This document shows, one piece after another, positions 9,514 to 18,034 of a stretch of 32,000 nt of DNA; within the stretch, counting starts at the first letter, position 1; the number at the start of each line of letters is the position of its first letter. Below the pieces are notes generated by a model. It was not told the DNA's origin, searched no databases, and saw only the letters and a program-made list of their open reading frames with translations. Source of the stretch: Oceanidesulfovibrio indonesiensis (GTDB lineage Bacteria; Desulfobacterota; Desulfovibrionia; Desulfovibrionales; Desulfovibrionaceae); assembly GCF_007625075.1 (NCBI RefSeq), contig NZ_QMIE01000002.1, forward strand, positions 155,873 through 187,872, read 5' to 3'. Made by a program: the position numbers and the translations under genes.

Positions 9514-9554
9514 CGCTTCCGCATCCGCTACGCCTCTGCCCGGATGCGGAAGCG
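9514..9554. repeat. Perfect 14-bp inverted repeat (CGCTTCCGCATCCG/CGGATGCGGAAGCG) in the dctM-eutB intergenic region
   Basis: Arms 9514-9527 and 9541-9554, 13-nt loop; no following T-tract on the + strand. Confidence 0.9.
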
Positions 9555-9628
9555 CCACAGGCGAAATGTCCATACTGCGGGACCGGCGCCCCGGAAAAGG
9601 AGCGCGGGTTCAGGGGAGAACGGATACA

Positions 9629-10978
9629 ATGAGCTTGCGCGAACTCATGGCCAAGGCAACGCCGTTGCGATCCGGCGACGTGCTGGCCGGCGTGGCCGCG
9701 GCGACGGAAGAGGAGCGGGTGAAGGCTCAGATGCGGCTGGCGGATGTGCCGTTGAAGAGATTTCTCAACGAATGCGTCATCCCGTACGAGGAGGACGAGG
9801 TTACCAGGCTCATCATCGACGAACACGACGCCGAAGCCTTTGCGTCGGTAAGCAGCTTTACCGTAGGCCAACTGCGGGACTGGCTGCTCACGGACCAGGC
9901 GTGCCCCGACACTCTGGAAGCGTTGGCTGCTGGACTCACCCCGGAGATGGTCGCCGCCGTGAGCAAGCTGATGCGTGTGCAGGATCTCATTCTGGTGGCG
10001 TCCAAATGCCGCGTGGTCACGCGGTTTCGGAACACCATCGGGCTGCCGGGGCGCTTCTCCGTGCGTCTGCAGCCCAACCACCCCACGGACGACCTCAAGG
10101 GCATAGCCGCCTCCACCCTGGACGGCCTGTGCTACGGCTGCGGGGACGCCGTCATCGGCATCAACCCGGCCACGGACAACCTGGAGAACATTTCGCGGCT
10201 TCTGTGGATGCTGGACTCCATCATCCAACGGTACGAAATACCCACGCAGAGCTGCGTGCTGACCCACGTGACCACCACGGTGGAGGCCATAGGGCAGGGC
10301 GTGCCCGTGGACTTGTGCTTTCAATCCATTGCCGGCGCGGAGAAGGCCAATTCGAGCTTCGGCATCAACCTGGCCATGCTCCAGGAGGCGTACGAGGCAA
10401 CTCTCTCGCAAAAGCGCGGCACGGTGGGCGAAAACGTCATGTACTTCGAAACGGGGCAAGGCAGCGCGCTTTCGGCCAACGCACATGGCGGCGTGGATCA
10501 GCAGACCCTGGAGGCGCGAGCCTATGCAGTGGCCCGCAAATACAAGCCCCTGCTCGTGAACACGGTAGTGGGCTTCATCGGGCCGGAATACCTGTTCAAC
10601 GGCAAGCAGATCCTGCGCGCCGGGCTGGAGGACCATTTCTGCGGCAAGCTCCTGGGGCTGCCCATGGGCGTGGACGTCTGCTACACCAACCACGCCGAGG
10701 CCGACCAGGACGACATGGACACGCTGCTGACCCTGCTGGGCGCCGCAGGATGCAACTTCGTGATGGGCATTCCCGGAGCCGACGACATCATGCTCAACTA
10801 CCAGTCCACCTCCTTCCACGACGCCGCCTATCTGCGCAAGCTATTGGGATTGAAACCTGCCCCTGAGTTTTCGGAGTGGCTGGAACAGGTCGGTGTGCTC
10901 GATGCGCAAGGAGGGCTGCGGTCCATCGAAGGCGGCAATGCGCTGCTCGCGCTCCCCAGGTATCTGGAAACCACATGA
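9629..10978 (+). CDS. eutB: Ethanolamine ammonia-lyase large subunit
   Basis: LRSGDVLAGVAAATEEERVKAQ, IPTQSCVLTHVTTTVEAI, YFETGQGSALSANAHGG, NTVVGFIGPEYLFNGKQILRAGLEDHFCGKLLGLPMGVDVCYTNHAEADQ; aligns throughout with E. coli EutB as recalled. Confidence 0.96.
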   Translation: MSLRELMAKATPLRSGDVLAGVAAATEEERVKAQMRLADVPLKRFLNECVIPYEEDEVTRLIIDEHDAEAFASVSSFTVGQLRDWLLTDQACPDTLEALAAGLTPEMVAAVSKLMRVQDLILVASKCRVVTRFRNTIGLPGRFSVRLQPNHPTDDLKGIAASTLDGLCYGCGDAVIGINPATDNLENISRLLWMLDSIIQRYEIPTQSCVLTHVTTTVEAIGQGVPVDLCFQSIAGAEKANSSFGINLAMLQEAYEATLSQKRGTVGENVMYFETGQGSALSANAHGGVDQQTLEARAYAVARKYKPLLVNTVVGFIGPEYLFNGKQILRAGLEDHFCGKLLGLPMGVDVCYTNHAEADQDDMDTLLTLLGAAGCNFVMGIPGADDIMLNYQSTSFHDAAYLRKLLGLKPAPEFSEWLEQVGVLDAQGGLRSIEGGNALLALPRYLETT

Positions 10979-11790
10979 CCAAGCCGGCAGAGAACGCCAT
11001 GAAAAAGAAACAGTCACCAGTCACACCGGATGGGTGGAGCGAGCTGAAACAATTCACGGATGCGCGGATAAGCCTGGGCCGATGCGGCTCCAGCCTGCCG
11101 CTCTCCGAGGCCCTTTCGTTCCGGCTGGCTCATGCCCGGGCCAGAGACGCAGTGTGGAGCCCATTCAATGCGGAAGGACTGTCCGCTGATATCGAGGCGC
11201 TGGGGTGTCGCTGCCTGCGTCTTGCAAGCAGCGTGACGGATCGCAGTGAATACCTCACCCGACCGGACAAGGGCCGCCGGCTCGGCGAGGAATCCCGCGC
11301 GCTGCTCGAAAAAGAATCGACGGGCTATGATTTGTGCCTCGTGGTGAGCGACGGGCTATCCTCCCGCGCTATCAACGAGAATGCCGTGCCGTTTCTGGAG
11401 CGCTTTCTGCCACTGACTCGCGCGGCAGGCCTGACCGTGGCTCCAGTCTGCCTGGTGGAAAACGGCAGGGTGGCCATTGCCGACGAGGTAGCGTCAATTC
11501 TGGAAGCCAAGCTTACGGCAATCCTCATTGGCGAGAGGCCAGGCCTGAGCTCGCCCAACTCCATGGGCATTTACATGACCTACGCACCCAGGCAGGGCGC
11601 AACTGACGAAGCTCGCAACTGCATATCCAACGTGCGCCAAGGCGGCATGACCATCGAGGCCGGGGTGCAGAAGCTCGCGTATCTCATGGAAACGGCGTTT
11701 CGGATGCAAACGTCGGGCGTAGCGCTCAAGGATAAAATGTCGCCGGACTACCTGCCGTTCGGCGGATTGGACGCGGCACTGGGTCGGTAG
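10975..11790 (+). CDS. eutC: Ethanolamine ammonia-lyase small subunit
   Basis: LSFRLAHARARDAVWSPFN, YDLCLVVSDGLSSRAINENAVPFL, LIGERPGLSSPNSMGIYMTYAPRQGATDEARNCISNVR; overlaps the eutB stop. Confidence 0.95.
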   Translation: MTKPAENAMKKKQSPVTPDGWSELKQFTDARISLGRCGSSLPLSEALSFRLAHARARDAVWSPFNAEGLSADIEALGCRCLRLASSVTDRSEYLTRPDKGRRLGEESRALLEKESTGYDLCLVVSDGLSSRAINENAVPFLERFLPLTRAAGLTVAPVCLVENGRVAIADEVASILEAKLTAILIGERPGLSSPNSMGIYMTYAPRQGATDEARNCISNVRQGGMTIEAGVQKLAYLMETAFRMQTSGVALKDKMSPDYLPFGGLDAALGR

Positions 11791-12014
11791 CTGGCGGCTC
11801 CACTTTTTCTGGGGCATCCTTCCGGAAAAGGTCAACCCCTAGCATGTTTCTATGATGCGAATGGGTTACTGAGTTTTCCTGCTCCTTGGCGCGCGGTTCG
11901 GAACAGCACGCGAGATAGCTTTGAAGCCAGGCCGTTGGCGTTGTTGCGATGCGTCGTCCTGAGGAGGGCAGGGCGGCGCTTTCCGGTTCCGGAGTTGGGT
12001 ATCGGCCATGGATA

Positions 12015-12803
12015 TCAACGCGCTGTGGCCTCCTCCAGCTCCACGGCATCAGGTGATGGTGCGTGCATTCGCGACAGGAGCGCGACGGCTTCGTTGGCGT
12101 TGCGGGGCCATTGGCGTTTAAAGGCACGCTCGGCCAGGGGGAGGAACGCGGCCACCATGTCCGGGTCGAGCTGGCTGCCGGCTGCGGAGCGCAACTCGTC
12201 CAGGGCGAGCTCTATGGACATGCCGGAGCGGTAGGGCCTGTCCTGAACCATGGCGGAGAGCGCATCCGCCACGGCGAGAACGCGCGCCCCAGGCGGGATT
12301 TTACGGGCGCGCAGACCGTGCGGGTAGCCGCCGCCGTCCCAGCGTTCGTGATGGTGCAGAATCATGGCGGCAATGCCGGAATCCCCGTTGAGGGCTTTGA
12401 CAGGCGCGACGATCTGGGCGCCTATCTCCGGATGCCTGCGTACGGCGGCCCACTCCTCTTCAGTCAGGCGCCCGGGCTTGCTCAGAATGCAATCGGGCAG
12501 GCCGATCTTACCGATGTCGTGCAGATGGCCGGCTATATGGATGTCGCCGGCCCTGCGGGGTGAGAACCCGACTTCCAGAGCAAGGCAGTGGGCGATGACG
12601 GCCACTTGTTCGGAGTGGTCCTGTGTGCAGTGGTCCTTGGCGTCCATGGCGTTCCCCAGGGACTCCGCGAACTGGTGGATGGAGTGGCACAATGGGCTGC
12701 ACGGTGGAATGACCGGGTGTTCGGGCGCGCAGCGCTCGCACAGGTCGCCGCGCGATGCGGGTGCAGATCTTTCGGCCTGCGTGTCGAAGCAGTAATCTCC
12801 CAT
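12015..12803 (-). CDS. HD / HD-GYP-type metal-dependent phosphohydrolase (putative c-di-GMP phosphodiesterase)
   Basis: HSEQVAVIAHCLALEVG, IHIAGHLHDIGKIGLPDCILSKPGRLTEEEWAAVRRHPEIGAQIV, ILHHHERWDGGGYPHGLRARKIPPGARVLAVADALSAMVQDRPYR. Confidence 0.88.
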   Translation of the reverse strand: MGDYCFDTQAERSAPASRGDLCERCAPEHPVIPPCSPLCHSIHQFAESLGNAMDAKDHCTQDHSEQVAVIAHCLALEVGFSPRRAGDIHIAGHLHDIGKIGLPDCILSKPGRLTEEEWAAVRRHPEIGAQIVAPVKALNGDSGIAAMILHHHERWDGGGYPHGLRARKIPPGARVLAVADALSAMVQDRPYRSGMSIELALDELRSAAGSQLDPDMVAAFLPLAERAFKRQWPRNANEAVALLSRMHAPSPDAVELEEATAR

Positions 12804-13221
12804 GGCGAGCCTTTCTGGATAATCTTCACCAAACTGGTAGCAAAGTATTTTGAAAAAAAGGACCCGTTGTCAGATGACGTCCGGGGTCTTTATGTATTGA
12901 AAACGAGAATCAGAGTCAAGCAGTAGCTTTCTGCTGGGGAAATTCTGATTCAGGCATGGGGGGCTGAAGCTCCCGGGGAACCTGAGTGGAAAGAAAGTGA
13001 AAAACATGGTTGACAATGATTCTCAATCCCATTTATACCAGCACTACACGGTGGGCGCGCCAATGCGTCGGCCGTGTACGCCGCTCGGGGCGGCGGTCTC
13101 CGCCAGGGCCGCATCAGCCGGCAGGTGTGCGAACACCCGGGAAGTACGGGAGACCTCATCCGGTAGCGCAAACCGTTCGCGCCGCCCCGTGAAAAATCTT
13201 TACGTCGCAGGAGTTTCAGCC

Positions 13222-14502
13222 ATGTTGATGGACCCGCAACGAACCAACACGCAGACAGTCGCCAAGCGTAAACGAATTTGGGAACTCGTCGATCTCCAGT
13301 GCCCGATCATCGGCACCTGCCTGACTCTCGGCGAGTTGCGAAAAATTGCCCGCCAATCGGATGTGGAGTTTCCGGACAACGTCTCGGAGTTCGACATCCA
13401 CAGCTACTTCGTTTCCTGTTGCAAGGAGCCGTCCCGCATTGCCCGCCTCGTGACAAAAAAGCTGGACAGGAAGTATGCAGCGAAGCTCCGCCGTTACGGC
13501 TCCTGCAAGGACGACGACGCGATTCGAACTCTCTGGGTGGAGGACAGGGAACACGGCGACATCCCGGGACCGTTCTGGGCTGTCATCTCACACGCGCATA
13601 CCTCCACGCGGCTGCGCACCGAAGTCTTCGGCGAGGTGCACATGCTGTCCCATCTGGTCGGCTCGGCCAATCGCGCGGACATCCGCAGGCTCTCCGACCT
13701 TGAAGCCGAGCAGGAGCGACTGACCCACGCCATGCAGCGGATGAAAACCGTTTTCGCCGATCGCGTTCGCGCGTTGCAAGGCGAGCGGAACGCCATGGCC
13801 GACCAGGTGGATGCGCTCAAACGCGAGATGCACTTTCTCTCGACGCGCAAGGAGGACGCCGTGCCGCCCGAAAACAAAACCGGCGAAACGCTTCAGGAAC
13901 TGGAGGCGGAGATGCTCCGCCGCGAGTTGGACGAGGCGTGGCGCGAACGGAACGAAGTGTTCAAACTGCTGGAGGCCGAATCGCGGCGCCTTGAATACCT
14001 GGAGTCCGAGAACCGCGAACTCGCCGCCGAAAACAGGGTGCTCGAAGAGGAGATCGCCAGGCTGCTGGAGAAATCGTACGCGAAGTGCCCGGACGGCTGC
14101 GCAGGAAAGTGCCCCTGTCCGGATCTGTGCGGCATGTGCGTGCTCTACGTGGGCGGCCGCACCGGCCTGGTGCCGCAGTACCGCGCTCTGGTGGAATCCC
14201 GCGGGGGCACGCTCATCCACCACGACGGCGGCATGGAGGAAGCGCCCAAGCGTCTGGAAAGCGTCCTCGCCCAGGCGGACGCCGTGGTTTGCCCGGTGGA
14301 TTGTGTGAGCCACGAGGCGTGCACCATCGTGAAATCGTATTGCAAACGCGCTCTGAAACCCTGCTTCATGATGCGTACGGCCGGCATTTCCTCCCTGGCC
14401 AAAACCGTTTCCAGCCTGCCGGAGCAGTCGTGCCCCCCCAACTCGCACGCTGTATCCATCATCGGCGCCCAGGCGTCATCTACAACCGTGCAGCAGTCTT
14501 AA
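13222..14502 (+). CDS. DUF2325-domain protein with internal coiled coil and Cys cluster
   Basis: C-terminal LYVGGRTGLVPQYRALVESRGGTLIHHDGGMEEAPKRLESVLAQADAVVCPVDCVSHEACTIVKSYCKRALKPCFMMR is DUF2325-like. Preceding CPDGCAGKCPCPDLCGMC. ATG 13222 with GCAGGAG upstream. Confidence 0.78.
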   Translation: MLMDPQRTNTQTVAKRKRIWELVDLQCPIIGTCLTLGELRKIARQSDVEFPDNVSEFDIHSYFVSCCKEPSRIARLVTKKLDRKYAAKLRRYGSCKDDDAIRTLWVEDREHGDIPGPFWAVISHAHTSTRLRTEVFGEVHMLSHLVGSANRADIRRLSDLEAEQERLTHAMQRMKTVFADRVRALQGERNAMADQVDALKREMHFLSTRKEDAVPPENKTGETLQELEAEMLRRELDEAWRERNEVFKLLEAESRRLEYLESENRELAAENRVLEEEIARLLEKSYAKCPDGCAGKCPCPDLCGMCVLYVGGRTGLVPQYRALVESRGGTLIHHDGGMEEAPKRLESVLAQADAVVCPVDCVSHEACTIVKSYCKRALKPCFMMRTAGISSLAKTVSSLPEQSCPPNSHAVSIIGAQASSTTVQQS

Positions 14503-14513
14503 GGAGTTTAGCC

Positions 14514-14699
14514 ATGGTTATGCGTTCATCCATTTCGTCGGGCGGTTGCCTTCGAAAATTTTTCGACAAATCGTTGGCCGGACCGAGCACGGCGCAAACC
14601 CGAAAGGCTGCGCCGTCGGTCGGGGCGTCTTCGCAAGCCGCCTCTGCTCAGGCGCAGTGCAATGGTTGCGCGAAGTGCGTGCCTGAGCAATGCAGTTGA
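14514..14699 (+). CDS. Small (61 aa) protein with Cys-rich C-terminus, MVMRSSISSGG...AQCNGCAKCVPEQCS
   Basis: AAGGAG overlaps the stop of the DUF2325-like gene, 8 nt before the ATG; tail C-x2-C-x2-C-x4-C. In the frame of the ORF-track entry 14085..14699. Confidence 0.55.
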   Translation: MVMRSSISSGGCLRKFFDKSLAGPSTAQTRKAAPSVGASSQAASAQAQCNGCAKCVPEQCS

Positions 14700-14985
14700 A
14701 CTGAGCAGGAACAGTCTTCCTCCGCAGCAAGTGCGGGTGGAATCGGCAGGGTGTGACGGTCCGCGGCAATGGTTGCTGACACTCCATGCATGAGCCGACA
14801 CTCCGGACCGTCGAAACGACGTCGCCTCCATGGGACGGGTCGTTTCAGGAACACACGGGCCGCCTGGCTCTCCCCGGGAAAGAAGTGGTTGCACGACGGG
14901 GAGACTCCGGGCGGCCCGCTTGTTTCGGCAGGCGAGCAGGGCAACGCTACGAAAGTCCGCGCGCAGCCTTGTTCTTATTGGTCAG

Positions 14986-15288
14986 CTAAATTTCGTAATC
15001 CACCACGCGGCGCTCCGCCGCCACGGCCTTCACGAACTCCACAACCTCCAGGTGCAGGGGATGCGTAGCGTACGCCTTCAGGTCTTCCCTGGAGTCGAAA
15101 ACGCTGTAGAGAATCGCATCCGTCTGAGGCGCGGATTCGAAAACCTCCACGCCCACTTCGAGTTCGCGGATCTGCGGGATCTTCCCGACCAGCGCTTCGA
15201 GCTTTTCTTTCATCGCGGCGGCGTTCTCCGCCGGGGTGCCCTTGTCCGAATCAGTCTTCAAAGTCCACATGACGATGTGTTTGATCAT
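14986..15288 (-). CDS. Dabb-family (stress-responsive alpha/beta barrel) protein
   Basis: MIKHIVMWTLK...ALVGKIPQIRELEVGVEVFES...AILYSVFDSREDLKAYATHPLHLEVVEFVK; 100 aa. Confidence 0.88.
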   Translation of the reverse strand: MIKHIVMWTLKTDSDKGTPAENAAAMKEKLEALVGKIPQIRELEVGVEVFESAPQTDAILYSVFDSREDLKAYATHPLHLEVVEFVKAVAAERRVVDYEI

Positions 15289-15492
15289 TGTAACCTCCGT
15301 GGCGTAGTGTAGGGAATGTTGCCGGAAATGGGAATGCCGGGCGGATCGTTTTCCCGGGCACCGAACGCCGGATGGGGATGTGATGTTCGACAGGCTTTCG
15401 GCAAGCCATGTCCGGCGAGTTGTTTTCGCGAATAACGTACAGGATCCTGGACGCAGTACGGCCAGGGCCTGACATCGACTCGTAATGCAAAT

Positions 15493-16140
15493 ATGAGTTC
15501 ACGCCAATTCTTCAAAGAGATGGCCGGGACGCTCGGCCGCGAAGTTCGCAAGGCCAAGGGCGCGATCCGGGAATATGCCGCGGGACCGCACACCATCGGC
15601 ATCGGCAATCGTGAGCTGACCCGCCTCGACTCGCGTCTGGCGTCCATCATATCGGACAAAGGAGTGGAGAATCTCAAAGTCCGGCTCAGACAGGATTCCA
15701 TGCACGTCACTGGTCGGTTCACTGCGCGGGTCGGCGGCGCATTCGATGTGGACCTCGTTCCGGACGGCATTATCTGGGAGGAAGGCAACCACGTGCTGTT
15801 CTTCAGGATCGCCAGACAGGACGTGGTAATGGATGGCAGGGTGATGAACGCCTTGCAGGTTGCGGTGTCCCGCACGTGCAACGCTCTGTTCGGAGACGCC
15901 TTCCTGAACGAGAAACTGGGCGTGGTGGACAAGGACGGTCGCCTGCGCATCCCGCTGGACGGTGAGGATTCCCGGCTGGACGCCATTATCGACTCCATGG
16001 AGTTGCATTCCCTGGAGTGTGTGGACGAGCGTTTGCGCATCACTTTTTCGCCCAGGCTGAAGCAGGCCATGACGCACGCGAAAACCGTATGGCGCTGGTG
16101 GCGGGAGCGTGGAAAGCAGGACGAAACCGGCAACGTTTGA
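15493..16140 (+). CDS. Hypothetical protein, 215 aa, possible LmeA/DUF2993-like lipid-binding fold (weak)
   Basis: Coherent composition and an isolated reading frame; SIISDKGVENLKVRLRQDSMHVTGRFTARVGGAFDVDLVPDG. No confidently recognised family. Confidence 0.6.
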   Translation: MSSRQFFKEMAGTLGREVRKAKGAIREYAAGPHTIGIGNRELTRLDSRLASIISDKGVENLKVRLRQDSMHVTGRFTARVGGAFDVDLVPDGIIWEEGNHVLFFRIARQDVVMDGRVMNALQVAVSRTCNALFGDAFLNEKLGVVDKDGRLRIPLDGEDSRLDAIIDSMELHSLECVDERLRITFSPRLKQAMTHAKTVWRWWRERGKQDETGNV

Positions 16141-16578
16141 TTCCGCATCACTGCGGAAGCCTCCAGGCCGTGCCGCGCCTGGAGCGGTGCCGTCCGGTCC
16201 TCTGCCATGCCGTGCGGGCGGCGACTTACTTGTTGCTGCGCACCGTGATCCACCCCGGAACTGGTATTGTTCGGCACGAGGGCGCCGGCCACGTGCTCAC
16301 GCGCCTTTCATCGTGCAGGCTCTTCGGAGTCGAGGACGTCCTTTGGACTGTAAAGCAAGGACGCAATAATTCTCTCCACAACTCCCGGACTTCGAACGCC
16401 GGAAGGCTGTCGCGACGGCTTTACAGAGCATCGGGGCAGGATTATGAAGAAAAAAACATACCCCGAATACGACCATGCGTGAACTACAGAATTTCAAGGA
16501 CTTGCAGCACGATCTCCCAGCTCTGCCAGCTCGCGGTGCCGGAGGCTGTGAGTCTGCAGACGCCGCCCCCTGCTGAGG

Positions 16579-16603
16579 CCCGAAAACCGAGTCCGGTTTC
16601 GGG
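16579..16603 (+). promoter_or_regulatory. Stem-loop just upstream of hgcA (CCCGAAAACCG-agtc-CGGTTTCGGG)
   Basis: 10-bp stem with a single A bulge and tetraloop, 36 nt before the GTG start; no T-tract. Confidence 0.5.
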
Positions 16604-16639
16604 CTCCACGACAAGCCTGGCTATCGCATCGAGCCCTTT

Positions 16640-17653
16640 GTGGATGGCTTCCACGAGACCGCCGCAGGGCCGGCGCCGAGAGTGCGCATACGGCCGGAAT
16701 CGAGCGCCGTATGGGGAACGATCAAGGCGCGGTGCGGTCTGCGGACCAACTACAAGGTGACGCCCGGCCTGTATTGCGCGGGCTCGCCCGGGCCGGATTC
16801 GCCGGCGCTCGTCACCTGTAATTACAAGCTCACTTTCGACCACCTCCGTTCGAAACTGGATGGCATCGACGCCTGGATCGTGGTCCTGGACACACATGGC
16901 GTCAACGTCTGGTGCGCGGCGGGCAAGGGGCTCTTCGGAACGGACGAGGCCGTGGAGCGGGTGCGCAGCTGCGGCCTGGACCAGGCTGCGCCGAACGCGC
17001 CGCTGGTGTTCCCGCAGATGGGCGCCACCGGCGTGACCGGCCTGGAGGTAGCCAAACGCACCGGCCGGAAGGTTCATTTCGGTCCGCTCCGCGCAGCCGA
17101 CATCCCCCGATATATCGAGAACGGTTTCAAAGCGGACGAGTCCATGCGCCGGGTGACGTTCTCTCTGGCGGAACGCGCCGTATTGGCTCCGGTGGAATTT
17201 CTGCTTCTGGCCAAACCGCTGGCCTTCGTCGCGCTCGCCATTTTCGCGCTTTCGGGGATCGGCCCCGGTTTCTTCTCGTTGAATGGCGCATGGACACGGG
17301 GGCTGGCCGGATTCGGCGCCACGCTGCTGGCGTGCATGGCCGGCGGGGTGGTCGCGCCCATCCTGCTGCCGTGGCTTCCGGGACGTGCGTTCAGCCTCAA
17401 AGGCGGGCTCACCGGCGCGGTCTCGGGGCTGGCGGCCGTGTGGCTGTGGGCCGGAGGATTAGCAAGCGGAACTGCGCTCCTGTTGTGGTCCATGGCGCTG
17501 AGTTCCTATCTGTGCATGAACTTCACCGGTTCCACGCCTTTCACATCGCCGTCCGGCGTGGAAAAGGAGATGCGGCGGTACATGCCGTGGCAGATCGGCG
17601 CGGCCGGGCTGGCGTGCGTGTTGTGGATAGCCGCGGCTTATCTGGAGAGATGA
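16640..17653 (+). CDS. hgcA: Mercury methylation corrinoid protein HgcA
   Basis: N-terminal corrinoid domain with the signature cap-helix motif THGVNVWCAAGKG (Cys92 in this numbering) plus VTPGLYCAGSPGPDSPALVTCNYKLTFDHLRS. C-terminal polytopic membrane domain. 337 aa with GTG start, immediately followed by hgcB. Confidence 0.95.
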   Translation: MDGFHETAAGPAPRVRIRPESSAVWGTIKARCGLRTNYKVTPGLYCAGSPGPDSPALVTCNYKLTFDHLRSKLDGIDAWIVVLDTHGVNVWCAAGKGLFGTDEAVERVRSCGLDQAAPNAPLVFPQMGATGVTGLEVAKRTGRKVHFGPLRAADIPRYIENGFKADESMRRVTFSLAERAVLAPVEFLLLAKPLAFVALAIFALSGIGPGFFSLNGAWTRGLAGFGATLLACMAGGVVAPILLPWLPGRAFSLKGGLTGAVSGLAAVWLWAGGLASGTALLLWSMALSSYLCMNFTGSTPFTSPSGVEKEMRRYMPWQIGAAGLACVLWIAAAYLER

Positions 17654-17940
17654 TGCGAGATTTCAGGCATTATGATGGCGTAGCCACGCTGAACCTGAAC
17701 GAGGACGCCTGCGTGGGCTGCGGATTGTGTCCGCAACTGTGTCCGCACGGCGTACTGGCGATGGACGGGCGCAAAGCGCACATCGTGGACCTGGACGGCT
17801 GCATGGAATGCGGCGCCTGCGCCAGGAACTGCCCGGCGCAGGCATTGTCCGTAAAGCCGGGCGTGGGATGCGCTGCGTACATCATTCAGGTCTGGCTGCG
17901 GGGCACCAGATACGCCGACGCGAAATTTTCCTGCTGCTGA
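17650..17940 (+). CDS. hgcB: Mercury methylation ferredoxin HgcB (2x[4Fe-4S])
   Basis: 96 aa; CVGCGLCPQLCP and the HgcB-type CMECGACARNCP motif; extra Cys74 and terminal Cys95-Cys96. Overlaps the hgcA stop. Confidence 0.95.
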   Translation: MMRDFRHYDGVATLNLNEDACVGCGLCPQLCPHGVLAMDGRKAHIVDLDGCMECGACARNCPAQALSVKPGVGCAAYIIQVWLRGTRYADAKFSCC

Positions 17941-17990
17941 CAGGGGAGCCGTCTGGCAGCCGAAAACGGAAGTGTCTTTGATTTCAATAT

Positions 17991-18034
17991 AAACGCAAGA
18001 GGTTGCGAGTGCATGCTCACAATCCCTTGCGTTT
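17991..18034. terminator. Stem-loop between convergent hgcB and arsC (AAACGCAAG...CTTGCGTTT), flanked by TTTCAATAT direct repeats
   Basis: 9-bp perfect outer stem with further interrupted pairing; lies in the 175-bp convergent intergenic region. Confidence 0.5.

Noticed and set aside
9566-9628. Upstream extension of eutB to ATG 9566, and a CPYCGTG zinc-ribbon-like peptide in another frame just before it
   Set aside because: EutB similarity begins at about MSLRELMAKATPLRSGD (ATG 9629); the zinc-ribbon-like string is the tail of the shadow ORF 8436..9632.
9440-10866. Long ORFs on both strands over eutB (9440..10819 - and 9544..10866 +)
   Set aside because: Shadow frames of eutB, which matches throughout its length.
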